Source of the DNA: an uncultured Aliarcobacter sp.
GTDB lineage: Bacteria; Campylobacterota; Campylobacteria; Campylobacterales; Arcobacteraceae
Length of the DNA stretch: 64,000 bases
Assembly: GCA_963664305.2 (NCBI GenBank)
Contig: CAXXLV010000002.1
Location: forward strand, 1,504,001-1,568,000
Direction: 5' to 3'
In this document: one piece after another, positions 34,960-44,704 of the stretch
Layout of the letters: every line of letters starts with the position of its first letter
Numbering within the stretch: position 1 is the first letter of the stretch
Notes under the pieces: model-generated
Told to the model about the DNA's origin: nothing
Database searches by the model: none
What the model saw: the letters and a program-made list of their open reading frames with translations, nothing else
Program-made: the position numbers and the translations under genes

Positions 34960-35430
34960 ATGGATTTAATGGGATACATTGATAAAGGTGGAGTTATTGT
35001 TTATATTTTAATATTTTTAAATGTAATAGGATTTACTATTATTTTATGGAAATTTTTTACACTTCCTAGAAAAAATACAATTATAAATCAAATAAAACAC
35101 AAAGTTACAAATAACGCTTCTATTACTTCTCAAATAGAATATGAAGTTAAAAAACTTGAATCTGGTCTTACTATTATAAAAAACATAGCAACAGTTGCAC
35201 CTCTTTTAGGATTATTAGGTACTGTTATTGGAGTTTATAAATCTTTTGAAGCAATTACTCAAAATGGTTTAGGTGACCCAACTATATTTTCAAATGGAAT
35301 TGGAATTGCTTTAATTACAACAATTGCTGGATTAATTGTTGCAATTCCTCACCAAATAGCTTATAACCATTTTATCTCTTTAATTGATTCTATTGAATTA
35401 AAAGCTAAAAAAGAGCTAGTGAGCGAATAA
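34960..35430 (+). CDS. exbB: MotA/TolQ/ExbB proton channel
   Basis: APLLGLLGTVIG, ALITTIAGL. Confidence 0.88.
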   Translation: MDLMGYIDKGGVIVYILIFLNVIGFTIILWKFFTLPRKNTIINQIKHKVTNNASITSQIEYEVKKLESGLTIIKNIATVAPLLGLLGTVIGVYKSFEAITQNGLGDPTIFSNGIGIALITTIAGLIVAIPHQIAYNHFISLIDSIELKAKKELVSE

Positions 35431-35822
35431 TGAAAAGACGTGAAGCTCTAGGCTTAGATTTAACTCCTGTTATTGACGTTGTTTTTATTTTACTTATCTT
35501 TTTTATTGTTACTTCTGTATTCAAAAAAGAAGAACTTGCTTTAATGTTAGATTTACCTACATCAAATGCAAAAGAGATGGAAATAAAAGAGGAACAAGTC
35601 TTTATAGAATTAAATCAAAATAAGTTAGCTATCAAAGGAATTGAAGTATCTTTTGAATCTTTAGAAGATAACTTAAAAGCAATAAAAAATAAAAATAAAC
35701 CAGTTATTGTAAGAATTGATAAAAAAGTCGAGTATCAAAGAGTGGTTAAAGTTTTAGATTTACTTCAAAAATATGATTTAACAAATCTAGCTTTAGTTAC
35801 AAATGAAGAAGGGAAAAAGTAG
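35430..35822 (+). CDS. exbD: ExbD/TolR family protein
   Basis: LTPVIDVVFILLIFF. Confidence 0.88.
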   Translation: MKRREALGLDLTPVIDVVFILLIFFIVTSVFKKEELALMLDLPTSNAKEMEIKEEQVFIELNQNKLAIKGIEVSFESLEDNLKAIKNKNKPVIVRIDKKVEYQRVVKVLDLLQKYDLTNLALVTNEEGKK

Positions 35823-35842
35823 TTTTTCTTCTTCATTTTATA

Positions 35843-36655
35843 TTAGTCTTCTAATAAATTTGTATTATTAATTGCATAATTCAAATATTCTAAATCAAAA
35901 TTATACTCTTTTGCTTTTTCTAAAGCTTTTTGTTTATTTTCTTCACTCAATGGATTTCTTAAATCAAAAAGAGTTCTAACAATATCTAAAATCTGGCATT
36001 TTTCTCTATTATCTTTACTACAAGCATTTACGTCATCTACAAACTCTATAATTTCTATTAAATTATTATTGAACTTCCAATATCTAAAAATTTCAGCTGT
36101 AACTTTATGTGTTGTAATTTCAACTAACTCATTTTCAATAGTTGTTATATCTATTCCAGCATCTATTTTTTCTCTAAACTCTTCTAATAAACCTCTGTTT
36201 ATAATTGTTTCTGATAATAAGAATTTGCCAGTTTCATGTAACAAACATGCCAGAATTACTTCATCTTTAAAACTTCTATCCATTTTAGTTATCCATAAAT
36301 CAACAAAACGTAGAGAGCTATGTGTAATTTTTGTAAAATTTTCACAATTTATTCCATAAGGATGTAAATCAATTTTTAAAACACTATCTATAGCCTCTTT
36401 TATTGCAACGTATATTGTAAAATTTATACCTAAAAGATTTATTACTCTTTTTACTGTTTCAATTTTAGAATTAAATCCAAATAGTGATGAATTAGAAATT
36501 TTTAATAGTGTCGCTACACATAAAGGATCTTTTTCAACAATTTTTACTAATTCATCTGCATCTTGATTAGCTTGTTTTTTAAATGTTTCTATTTCTAAAA
36601 TTGTCTCTGGTAAAGGAGGTAATGTTTCAATTTTTTCTAATATATTTTCTAACAT
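35843..36655 (-). CDS. HDOD domain protein
   Basis: LPPLP, KDP..LLKISNS, LLHETGK. Confidence 0.88.
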   Translation of the reverse strand: MLENILEKIETLPPLPETILEIETFKKQANQDADELVKIVEKDPLCVATLLKISNSSLFGFNSKIETVKRVINLLGINFTIYVAIKEAIDSVLKIDLHPYGINCENFTKITHSSLRFVDLWITKMDRSFKDEVILACLLHETGKFLLSETIINRGLLEEFREKIDAGIDITTIENELVEITTHKVTAEIFRYWKFNNNLIEIIEFVDDVNACSKDNREKCQILDIVRTLFDLRNPLSEENKQKALEKAKEYNFDLEYLNYAINNTNLLED

Positions 36656-36737
36656 AATTTACCCTTTTGTCTGTTCTTCTAGTCAAATTATATTTAGAAA
36701 TAATATCAAAGTAGTATCATTTTAAAAAGAAGAGAAA

Positions 36738-37112
36738 TTAATTTTTCTCTTCTTCTAAAAGTTGTTTATACTCTTCGTCAGTAAAAATTCTTGATTTTGT
36801 TATAAATTGATAACCTAAATCTATTTCAAGGGAAAATGAGTTTCCAAAGGCAGCTTTTTCTTCTCTTACATCTATTGTTATAAAAGAGTGTTTAAAATAT
36901 TCAAATTGTTGTGGATCAATAAAAAATTCACATCCACAAATTTCTCCCATTTTTACATTACGGCTAGGGACATAAAAATCACCTTTTTCATAACACATAG
37001 GAGCCGTACCATCACAACAACCACCACTTTGATTAAAAACTAATTCACCATGAAGTTCTTTTAGTTTTTCTATCACTTTTGCTGCTGCATCTGTAACATC
37101 TACTCTTTTCAT
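36738..37112 (-). CDS. DUF779 family protein (aldehyde dehydrogenase-associated)
   Basis: FNQSGGCCDGTAPMC, FSLE; follows aldB. Confidence 0.9.
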   Translation of the reverse strand: MKRVDVTDAAAKVIEKLKELHGELVFNQSGGCCDGTAPMCYEKGDFYVPSRNVKMGEICGCEFFIDPQQFEYFKHSFITIDVREEKAAFGNSFSLEIDLGYQFITKSRIFTDEEYKQLLEEEKN

Positions 37113-37135
37113 TTTTTATCCTTTTGAATAAAAAA

Positions 37136-37161
37136 ACCCATAGAGGAGAACTTCTATGGGT
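37136..37161 (-). terminator. Intrinsic terminator/attenuator after aldB
   Basis: acccatagagg-loop-cttctatgggt, U-tract on minus strand. Confidence 0.7.
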
Positions 37162-37189
37162 ATTTATGGATTTATTTTCGCGTTAAATC

Positions 37190-38686
37190 CTAGAAGAAAC
37201 CTAATTTATTTTTATTGTATGAAGTTAAAATATTTTTTGTATGTCTATATGAATTTAACATCATCATATGAGTTTCTCTTCCGATTCCTGATTTTTTATA
37301 TCCTCCGAATGATGCATGAGATGGATACATGTGGTAGCAGTTAACCCATACTCTTCCAGCTTCTATACCTCTACTCATTCTATGTAATTGGTGAGCATCT
37401 CTTGACCATACACCTGAACCTAAACCATAGATTGTATCATTTGCAATTGCTAATGCTTCTGCTTCATCTTTGAAAGTTGTAACAGCAAGAACTGGTCCAA
37501 AAATCTCTTCTTGGAAGATTCTCATTTTGTTGTGACCTTTAAACAGTGTTGGTTGAATATAGAATCCATTTGGATTAGTTTCAGATTCAAATACATCTCC
37601 ACCAATTAACAGTTCAGCACCTTCTTCTTTACCAATATTGATGTATTCCATAATTTTTTCTTTTTGATTTAAAGAACATTGAGCACCCATCATATTTTCT
37701 GTATCTAAAGGATTTCCTAATTTAATTGCTTTAACTCTTTCAAGTACTCTTGCAATAAATGGCTCATAAATTGACTCTTGAATTAATGCTCTTGATGGAC
37801 AAGTACAAACTTCACCAGAGTTAAATGCGAATAATACTAAACCTTCGATTGCTTTATCAAAGAACTCATCATCAGCATCCATAATTGATTCAAAGAATAC
37901 ATTTGGAGATTTTCCACCTAACTCTAAAGTTGAAGGAATAATATTTTCTGTTGCATATTGCATAATTAATTGACCAGTTGTTGTTTCACCAGTAAATCCA
38001 ACTTTTTTAACTAATGGATGAGTAGATAAATATTTACCAATTTTTCCTCCAGCACCATTGATGATATTTACAACACCTTTTGGTAATACATCTTGAACTG
38101 CTTCCATTAATAATAAAATTGACATAGGTGTAGCAGATGCAGGTTTCATAACGATACAATTTCCAGCAGCAATAGCAGGAGCTAATTTCCAAGCAGCCAT
38201 TAATAATGGGAAATTCCAAGGAATAATTTGAGCAACAACACCATATGGCTCATAAATTTCTTGAGAAACTGTGTTTTCATCTAAATCTGAAACTGTTCCA
38301 GACTCAGCTCTAATTACAGATGCAAAATATCTAAAGTGGTCAACAACTAAAGGAACGTCTGCATTTAAAGTTTCTCTAATAGTTTTACCATTATCTAAAG
38401 TTTCAGCAATAGCTAATTTTTCTAAATTTGCTTCAATTGCATCAGCCATTTTATTTAATAAGTTACTTCTTTCAACAATTGATGTATGTTTAAAAGATTT
38501 GAATGCAGTATCAGCTGCAATAATTGCTGCTTCAACATCAGCTTCATTTGATCTTGGAATTCTTGTTAATAATGTTCCATCAACTGGAGAAATATTATCA
38601 AAGTACTCACCACTTTTTGGAGCAACCCATTCTCCACCTATAAAATTCTCATATTGAGCTTTGTATGTTGGTTTTGTATAAATCAT
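37190..38686 (-). CDS. aldB: NAD-dependent acetaldehyde dehydrogenase (AldB/ExaC/PedI type)
   Basis: IIPWNFP, FTGETTTG, LELGGKSP, GEVCTCPSR, EEIFGPV; SD favours ATG at 38686. Confidence 0.93.
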   Translation of the reverse strand: MIYTKPTYKAQYENFIGGEWVAPKSGEYFDNISPVDGTLLTRIPRSNEADVEAAIIAADTAFKSFKHTSIVERSNLLNKMADAIEANLEKLAIAETLDNGKTIRETLNADVPLVVDHFRYFASVIRAESGTVSDLDENTVSQEIYEPYGVVAQIIPWNFPLLMAAWKLAPAIAAGNCIVMKPASATPMSILLLMEAVQDVLPKGVVNIINGAGGKIGKYLSTHPLVKKVGFTGETTTGQLIMQYATENIIPSTLELGGKSPNVFFESIMDADDEFFDKAIEGLVLFAFNSGEVCTCPSRALIQESIYEPFIARVLERVKAIKLGNPLDTENMMGAQCSLNQKEKIMEYINIGKEEGAELLIGGDVFESETNPNGFYIQPTLFKGHNKMRIFQEEIFGPVLAVTTFKDEAEALAIANDTIYGLGSGVWSRDAHQLHRMSRGIEAGRVWVNCYHMYPSHASFGGYKKSGIGRETHMMMLNSYRHTKNILTSYNKNKLGFF

Positions 38687-38762
38687 TTTTTTCATCCTTT
38701 TAAATTTAGAAATTGAAGAAAATATCTTTTAAAAAGAGTAATTTTTTTCTTCCATTGATGAA

Positions 38763-38816
38763 ATCTTACACCACATTTATAGCATAAATTTAGCGTAAGT
38801 ATAGCATGAGTATAGC
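38763..38816 (-). promoter_or_regulatory. aldB promoter: four GCTAWA repeats (11-bp period) plus -10 TAAGAT
   Basis: + strand TATAGC 38778, TTTAGC 38789, TATAGC 38800, TATAGC 38811; -10 at 38763-38768. Confidence 0.75.
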
Positions 38817-38907
38817 AATGTAGTTTTTTGTTACAAATTACGATAAATTCGGCGTTTTTATCAATTTTTTTTCTTTGAAAATTTCAAAATATGTGTTACA
38901 ATTTTTT

Positions 38908-40815
38908 ATGAAAACTTTTACATATACAATAAATAATAAACCTTTAGAAAAGATAATTGATTTTTCAATGTTTGAAAACGAAAAAAATATTTTAATTCAA
39001 ATTTTTTGTGGTGAAACAAAAGAAAAATTAGAAAACATATTAGATGTTATTACAAAAAGATTAGCTCATGCTGTTTGTATAGGTTCTTCTACAGATGGAG
39101 AAATAAGTAATGATACTATTACAACAAATCAAACTATCATATCTATTTCTACTTTTGAAACAACAACAATTAAATATGCATATGTTGAAGAAGAAGACTC
39201 TTTTTCAAATGGTGTGGAACTTGCTACAAAACTTTGTACAGATACAACAAAAGCTATTATTGCTTTTAGTGATGGAGCTACTACAAATGGAGAAGAATTT
39301 TTAAATGGTATCAATTTTGTAAATAACAAAGTAATTGTAAGTGGTGGTATGGCTGCTGATAATGCAAACTTTACTCAGACATTTATCTCTTGTCAAAATA
39401 AAATATTAACAAAAGGTGCTGTTGGTATTTCTTTAAATTCTGAAGATTTAAAAGTATGTAATGCTTTTAATTTTAATTGGTCTCCAATAGGAATAGAGCA
39501 TGTTATTGAAGAAGTTGTTGGAAATAGAGTTTACAAAATCTCTGGCCTTACACCTTTAGATTTTTATGAAAAATATTTAGGAGAATATGTTGCTCGGTCA
39601 CTTCCAGCAACAGGAATAGAATTTCCTTTAATTGTACAAAAAAATAGAATTCCAATTGCAAGAGCTGTTATAGCAAAACATGAAGATGGAAGTTTGAGTT
39701 TTGCAGGGAATCTTCATAAAGGAGATGTTGTAAGACTTGGTTTTGGAAATGTTGAATTAATTCTAAGTAATCCTCTAAAATCTTTATTAGATAAATGTGC
39801 AATGAATGAAACTCAAAGTATTTTTATCTATACATGTATGGCAAGACGTAGATATATGCCAAGTTTAATTGATATAGAAATAAAACCTTTTTCAAAAATA
39901 GCACCAACTGTTGGTTTTTTTACTTATGGAGAGTTTTTTCATAATAAAGAGAATAATGAACTATTAAATCAAACACTAACGGTATTAGCTTTAACAGAAA
40001 AAACAAATTCAAATTTGGATTTGAAAGTTGAAATAAATAGTAATCAAGACAAACTTAGTGAGCATGCAAGAAGTCTGCAAGCTTTAACAAATCTAATTCA
40101 ACAATCTTCACGTGATTATAATGAACAATCAGAAAAATTAGAAAAAGGAAATAAATATGCACAAAATCTAATAGAATCTCAAAAACAGTTTTTAAAACAC
40201 GCAGTTCATGAAACAAATACTCCCTTATCAGTTATCATGGGAAATATTGAGATGTTTGAAATGGAAAATGGAAAAAACAAATACCTTTCAAATATTGAAG
40301 TTGCAATGAAAAATATCTTTAGTATTTATGATGATTTGAGTTATTTAATCAAAAAAGACCAAGTAAATTCTGCAATTCATAAAATAAATATAGTTGATTT
40401 TGTTAGAAGTAGAATTGATTTTTTTACATCTTCTGCTTTGAAATTTAAATCAAATTTTAAATTTCAATCATTAAAAGATGAAATAATTATGAATTTCAAT
40501 GAAATAAAACTTCAAAGAATAGTTGATAATAATCTTACAAATGCAATTAAATACACTCTTCCAAATGAAACAATATTTGTAAGGCTTTCTGAATTTAACT
40601 CTGAATGTCACTTTACAATTGAGAGTCGTTCAAAACAGATTTTAGACCCACAACAAATTTTTGAAGAATATTATAGAGAAGAGCTTTCAGAAGAAGGTTT
40701 TGGACTTGGACTAAATTTAGTAAAAAGAATTTGCAGTGAAGAAAATGTAGGAATTAGATTAGAATCTGGTGAAAACTTTGCTTCATTTACATATATTTTT
40801 AAAGGAGTACTATGA
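38908..40815 (+). CDS. Cytoplasmic FIST-domain sensor histidine kinase
   Basis: FIST_N (GSSTDGEI, SGGMAAD), FIST_C (CMARR, GFFTYGEF, NQT), H-box VHETNTPL, NAIKY, GFGLGL; no TM segment seen. Confidence 0.88.
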   Translation: MKTFTYTINNKPLEKIIDFSMFENEKNILIQIFCGETKEKLENILDVITKRLAHAVCIGSSTDGEISNDTITTNQTIISISTFETTTIKYAYVEEEDSFSNGVELATKLCTDTTKAIIAFSDGATTNGEEFLNGINFVNNKVIVSGGMAADNANFTQTFISCQNKILTKGAVGISLNSEDLKVCNAFNFNWSPIGIEHVIEEVVGNRVYKISGLTPLDFYEKYLGEYVARSLPATGIEFPLIVQKNRIPIARAVIAKHEDGSLSFAGNLHKGDVVRLGFGNVELILSNPLKSLLDKCAMNETQSIFIYTCMARRRYMPSLIDIEIKPFSKIAPTVGFFTYGEFFHNKENNELLNQTLTVLALTEKTNSNLDLKVEINSNQDKLSEHARSLQALTNLIQQSSRDYNEQSEKLEKGNKYAQNLIESQKQFLKHAVHETNTPLSVIMGNIEMFEMENGKNKYLSNIEVAMKNIFSIYDDLSYLIKKDQVNSAIHKINIVDFVRSRIDFFTSSALKFKSNFKFQSLKDEIIMNFNEIKLQRIVDNNLTNAIKYTLPNETIFVRLSEFNSECHFTIESRSKQILDPQQIFEEYYREELSEEGFGLGLNLVKRICSEENVGIRLESGENFASFTYIFKGVL

Positions 40816-41471
40816 AAATTTTATTAGTAGAAGATGATGAAATGTTAAATGAAATGATTACTGAATATATAAATTCAACTGGTCATGTAATAATAAGTAC
40901 AAAAACAGGTCAAGAATCTTTAGAAATCTTAGACTCCCAAAAATTTGATTTATTGATTTTAGATATTTCACTTCCAGATATAGATGGTTTTACGATTTTA
41001 GAAAAATTGCATGAACAAAAAAGAATGGTTCCAACTATTTATATTTCTGCATTAATTGATATAGAAGATATATCTAGAGCTTTTGATTTAGGTTGTTTTG
41101 ATTATCTAAAAAAACCTTTTCATCTAAAAGAACTGACTCTAAGAATAAATAAAATTCTAAAAACAAGATTGGTTCCTCAAAGACATAAAAGACTTTCAAA
41201 ACATTATAGTTTTGATGCAGAAACTATGACTTTATATTTTAATAATGAACCACATATTCTTCCAAGACGACAACTTCAAATTATTGAACTTTTAGCACAA
41301 AATAGAAGTTTAGTTGTAAACTATGATATGTTTAGAACTTATGTTTGGAATGATGATTATATAGATAATGCAACTATTAGAGCAGAAGTAAATAGAGTAA
41401 AAACTGTATTAAGAGAAGATTTTATTAAAAATATAAGAGGAAGCGGTTATATGGTTGAAAGACCTGATTAA
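40812..41471 (+). CDS. OmpR/PhoB-family response regulator
   Basis: LLVEDD, LDISLPDIDG, KPF; winged-helix C-terminus IRGSGY. Confidence 0.92.
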   Translation: MKILLVEDDEMLNEMITEYINSTGHVIISTKTGQESLEILDSQKFDLLILDISLPDIDGFTILEKLHEQKRMVPTIYISALIDIEDISRAFDLGCFDYLKKPFHLKELTLRINKILKTRLVPQRHKRLSKHYSFDAETMTLYFNNEPHILPRRQLQIIELLAQNRSLVVNYDMFRTYVWNDDYIDNATIRAEVNRVKTVLREDFIKNIRGSGYMVERPD

Positions 41472-41478
41472 GGTCTTT
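41458..41478. terminator. Bidirectional terminator between the regulator and pqqE
   Basis: aaagacct-gatta-aggtcttt. Confidence 0.6.
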
Positions 41479-41487
41479 CTTTTTATA

Positions 41488-42588
41488 TTAAATAAAAGTC
41501 AAAGAATTTAATCTATTTCTATATATGATTTTATCATCTGCATAAATCATACTATCTTCAATTTTTTTATTTATTATTCCATGGTCTGGTGATTTTATAC
41601 AAACAGGGTCAGTTGCATTCATATCTTTTGTTAATGCAAATGCTTGACATCTGCATCCTCCAAAATCTTTCTCTTTTTCATCACAAGTACGACATGGTTC
41701 TTTCATCCATTTATCACCTCTAAAATAGTTAAAGGCTTCAGATTCATACCAAATATGTTCTACTGAACTCTCTTTTACATTTGGAAAAGTTAAAGGTAAA
41801 GTATTTGCTGTATTACAAGGAAGTGCTAAACCATCTGGATTAATAGTTAAAAATGTTGTTCCCCATCCATTCATACAAGCTTTTGGTCTTGTTGCAAAAT
41901 AATCAGGAACAACAAAAAATACTTTCATATCTGTTCTTTGTGTTCTATAATAATTTGTAACTTTTCTTGCTTCACTAATTTGTTCTTGAGATGGTAAAAG
42001 TGCATTTATATTTTTTAAAGCCCACCCATAATATTGGATATTTGCGATTTCTAAATAATTTGCACCTAATTTTTCAGCAAACTCTATGATATCTCCAACT
42101 TGATGAATATTTTGTCGAGTAATACAAGTATTAATAATAAGTTGAAGACCTGCATCTTTTACCTCTTTTGCAAATGCAATTTTTTCATCATAAGAGTTTT
42201 TATTGTTTGTTATTAAAGTCATAGTATTTTTATCATGTGATTGAATACCAAGTTGAACTGTTTTAAGTCCTGCTTCTTTTAATTTTGGAACAATTCCTTT
42301 TGGAGCACCAACTCCTGAAGTTATAAGATTTGTATAAAATTTTAAATCATTTGCTTTTTTTACAATCTCTAAAACATCTTTATTTAATAAAGGCTCTCCT
42401 CCACTAATTCCAAGTTGAACAGCACCTAATTCTCTTGCTTGTTCCATCACTCTAAACCAATCTTCTTTGCTCATAGCGTCTTTTGTTTTTGCAAAATCAA
42501 GTTGGTTATAACAATATGCACACTCTAAAGGACATTTATGAGTTAATTCTAAAAGAATCCATAATGGTGGTTTTATTTCATTGTTCAT
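41488..42588 (-). CDS. pqqE: PqqA peptide cyclase, radical SAM/SPASM
   Basis: PPLWILLELTHKCPLECAYC, QYYGWA, KACMNGWG, DFGGCRCQA. Confidence 0.97.
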   Translation of the reverse strand: MNNEIKPPLWILLELTHKCPLECAYCYNQLDFAKTKDAMSKEDWFRVMEQARELGAVQLGISGGEPLLNKDVLEIVKKANDLKFYTNLITSGVGAPKGIVPKLKEAGLKTVQLGIQSHDKNTMTLITNNKNSYDEKIAFAKEVKDAGLQLIINTCITRQNIHQVGDIIEFAEKLGANYLEIANIQYYGWALKNINALLPSQEQISEARKVTNYYRTQRTDMKVFFVVPDYFATRPKACMNGWGTTFLTINPDGLALPCNTANTLPLTFPNVKESSVEHIWYESEAFNYFRGDKWMKEPCRTCDEKEKDFGGCRCQAFALTKDMNATDPVCIKSPDHGIINKKIEDSMIYADDKIIYRNRLNSLTFI

Positions 42589-42838
42589 ATTTAATCCAGT
42601 TTCTATTTTTTGCTTCTGCTAAAAAAGCATTTATATCTTGTGTTAAATCTTCCATTTCAAATTTTTCACATAAAATTTTATTTATATCTTTTACGCTGTT
42701 TTTTCCGTCACAAAGATTTAGAATTTCTCCTGCACTTTGATTTAATTGAACCATACCTTCTGGGTATAAAAGTACATAACAGTTTTGTTTTTCTTCCCAT
42801 TGAAATTGAAAATTCGGATTTACACTTATATTTTTCAT
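42578..42838 (-). CDS. pqqD: PqqA-binding chaperone (RRE)
   Basis: QWEEKQNCYVLLYPEGMVQLNQSAGEILNLCDG. Confidence 0.96.
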   Translation of the reverse strand: MKNISVNPNFQFQWEEKQNCYVLLYPEGMVQLNQSAGEILNLCDGKNSVKDINKILCEKFEMEDLTQDINAFLAEAKNRNWIKYEQ

Positions 42839-42839
42839 T

Positions 42840-43550
42840 TTATCTTTCCACGTTAAAGTAAGGAGGTCTTTTTAATTCATAAGCTAAATATAAAGCATCA
42901 CAAATTGTCCATAAAATATCTAGTTTAAATTGTAAAATTGTAAAAGCTTTTTCTTGTAATTCTCTTGTATTAAACTCTTCAAGAGTAATTGCAAGTCCAT
43001 GTTGAACATCTCGTCTAGCTTCACTTAATCTTTTTTGGAAATATCTTAAACCCTTTTGTTCAATCCAAGGATAATTATCTGGCCAAGTATTTAATCTTTG
43101 TTGATGAATTTGTGGAGCAAACATCTCAGTTAAAGATGACATTGCAGCCTCTTTCCAAGGTCTTTGACGTGCAAAATTAACATAAGCATCAACTGCAAAT
43201 TTAACGCTAGGTAATAAAAATTTATGATTTATTAAATCCTCTTTTTTAAGTCCAACTGCTTCACCTAGTTCCAACCAAGCCTCTATTCCACCACCAACAC
43301 TATCATGGTCATTAATTCTATCTATCCATTTTCTTCTATCAACTAAACTATCACAGTTTGACATAATTGCAGCATCTTTAATAGGAATCATACATTGATA
43401 ATAAAATCTATTTGCAACCCAACCTTGAATCTCCTCTTTTGTACACTTACCTTCATACATTCTTATATGAAAAGGATGATGAATATGGTACATTTTTCCC
43501 ATATCTCTTAGTTTTGTTTCAAATTCTTCTTTACTAAAAACTTCTTGCAT
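42840..43550 (-). CDS. pqqC: Pyrroloquinoline-quinone synthase
   Basis: [26 protein letters not shown]. Confidence 0.97.
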   Translation of the reverse strand: MQEVFSKEEFETKLRDMGKMYHIHHPFHIRMYEGKCTKEEIQGWVANRFYYQCMIPIKDAAIMSNCDSLVDRRKWIDRINDHDSVGGGIEAWLELGEAVGLKKEDLINHKFLLPSVKFAVDAYVNFARQRPWKEAAMSSLTEMFAPQIHQQRLNTWPDNYPWIEQKGLRYFQKRLSEARRDVQHGLAITLEEFNTRELQEKAFTILQFKLDILWTICDALYLAYELKRPPYFNVER

Positions 43551-43560
43551 TTTCTCTCCT

Positions 43561-44475
43561 TTAAATTTCTATACTCATACCATCATAAGATACTTCAATA
43601 CCATGGGATATAAGTTCTTTATACTCAGGGCTCTCTTCATCTAAGATAGGATTTGTATTATTTATATGAATTAATATCTTTCTTGGTTTTGTTAAGGTAT
43701 CTAATAAATCAATCAATCCACCCTTATCTCTTAGGGGTAAATGTCCCATATCAGTTCCAAGTTTTGAAGAAAATCCATTTTTTATCATCTCATCATTTGT
43801 CCAAACTGTTCCATCTACAAGTAAAATATCAGCTTGACTCATCTCTTCAATTATATGTTTTTCTAAAACACCAAGTCCTGGAAGATAAAACAATCTTTTC
43901 CCTGTTTTTTTATTTAAAACAACAACTCCAATATTATCACCAACTCTTGGTCTATCTCTATATTTTGAATATGGAGGTGCATTTGAAATTAGTGGAACGG
44001 CATAAAACTCACAATTTGGCATAACTGGTATAAAAAATGGTTGTTTATTAAAAGCTATTTCATTATAAACAACTCCTCCACCATCCCAGTGTTGAAGCAT
44101 TTTAAATAAAGGAAAAGAAGTATTTAACTCTTCATGAACTTCTTTTGTACAATAAACTTGATGAGGGCATCCTTCCCTTAACATCAAAAGTCCAGTTGTA
44201 TGGTCGATTTGAGCATCAATAAAAATAATAGCTTTTATTTTTGTTTCACGTCTTTGTTGTGGATGTAAAAATGGTGAATTATGAATTTGTTCTAAAATAT
44301 CAGGACTTGTATTAAATAAAACCCAATTCTCACCGTCTTCACTAATTGTAATAGAACTTTGTGTTCTTCTTTTTATAGATTTTTTTCCTTCTCTATAACC
44401 TTTACAATTATCGCAATTACAATTAAATTGAGGAAGTCCACCACCAGCAGATGAACCTAAAACTTCTATTCTCAT
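43561..44475 (-). CDS. pqqB: PQQ biosynthesis hydroxylase, MBL fold
   Basis: [40 protein letters not shown]. Confidence 0.97.
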   Translation of the reverse strand: MRIEVLGSSAGGGLPQFNCNCDNCKGYREGKKSIKRRTQSSITISEDGENWVLFNTSPDILEQIHNSPFLHPQQRRETKIKAIIFIDAQIDHTTGLLMLREGCPHQVYCTKEVHEELNTSFPLFKMLQHWDGGGVVYNEIAFNKQPFFIPVMPNCEFYAVPLISNAPPYSKYRDRPRVGDNIGVVVLNKKTGKRLFYLPGLGVLEKHIIEEMSQADILLVDGTVWTNDEMIKNGFSSKLGTDMGHLPLRDKGGLIDLLDTLTKPRKILIHINNTNPILDEESPEYKELISHGIEVSYDGMSIEI

Positions 44476-44530
44476 AACCTACCTTTATTTTCATAACTAA
44501 ATCTACAAAATTATAGATTTGGATATAAAA

Positions 44531-44558
44531 ATACAAGCTAGAAATTTCTAGCTTGTAT
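44531..44558 (-). terminator. Perfect 28-bp palindrome between pqqA and pqqB (partial terminator / mRNA stabiliser)
   Basis: atacaagctagaaa|tttctagcttgtat, followed by TTTT on minus strand. Confidence 0.75.
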
Positions 44559-44603
44559 CCAAGAACAAAATTTAATTTACAAACAGGATTTTTAATTTAT
44601 TTA

Positions 44604-44678
44604 TTATTCATGACAAATATACATTGTCACTTCAAAACCAAATCTATTGTCAACAAACATAGGTTTTTCCCATTTCAT
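44604..44678 (-). CDS. pqqA: PQQ precursor peptide, 24 aa MKWEKPMFVDNRFGFEVTMYICHE (absent from ORF track)
   Basis: Manual translation; W-x-K-P and RFGFEVTMY with E-x3-Y; SD AAGGAGG upstream. Confidence 0.96.
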   Translation of the reverse strand: MKWEKPMFVDNRFGFEVTMYICHE

Positions 44679-44704
44679 TTTTATTCCCTCCTTTATAAGA
44701 TTTT

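Noticed and set aside
34960..35822. exbBD as part of lanthanide uptake
   Set aside because: No GCTAWA box, no TonB or receptor nearby, separated from the cluster by the HDOD gene
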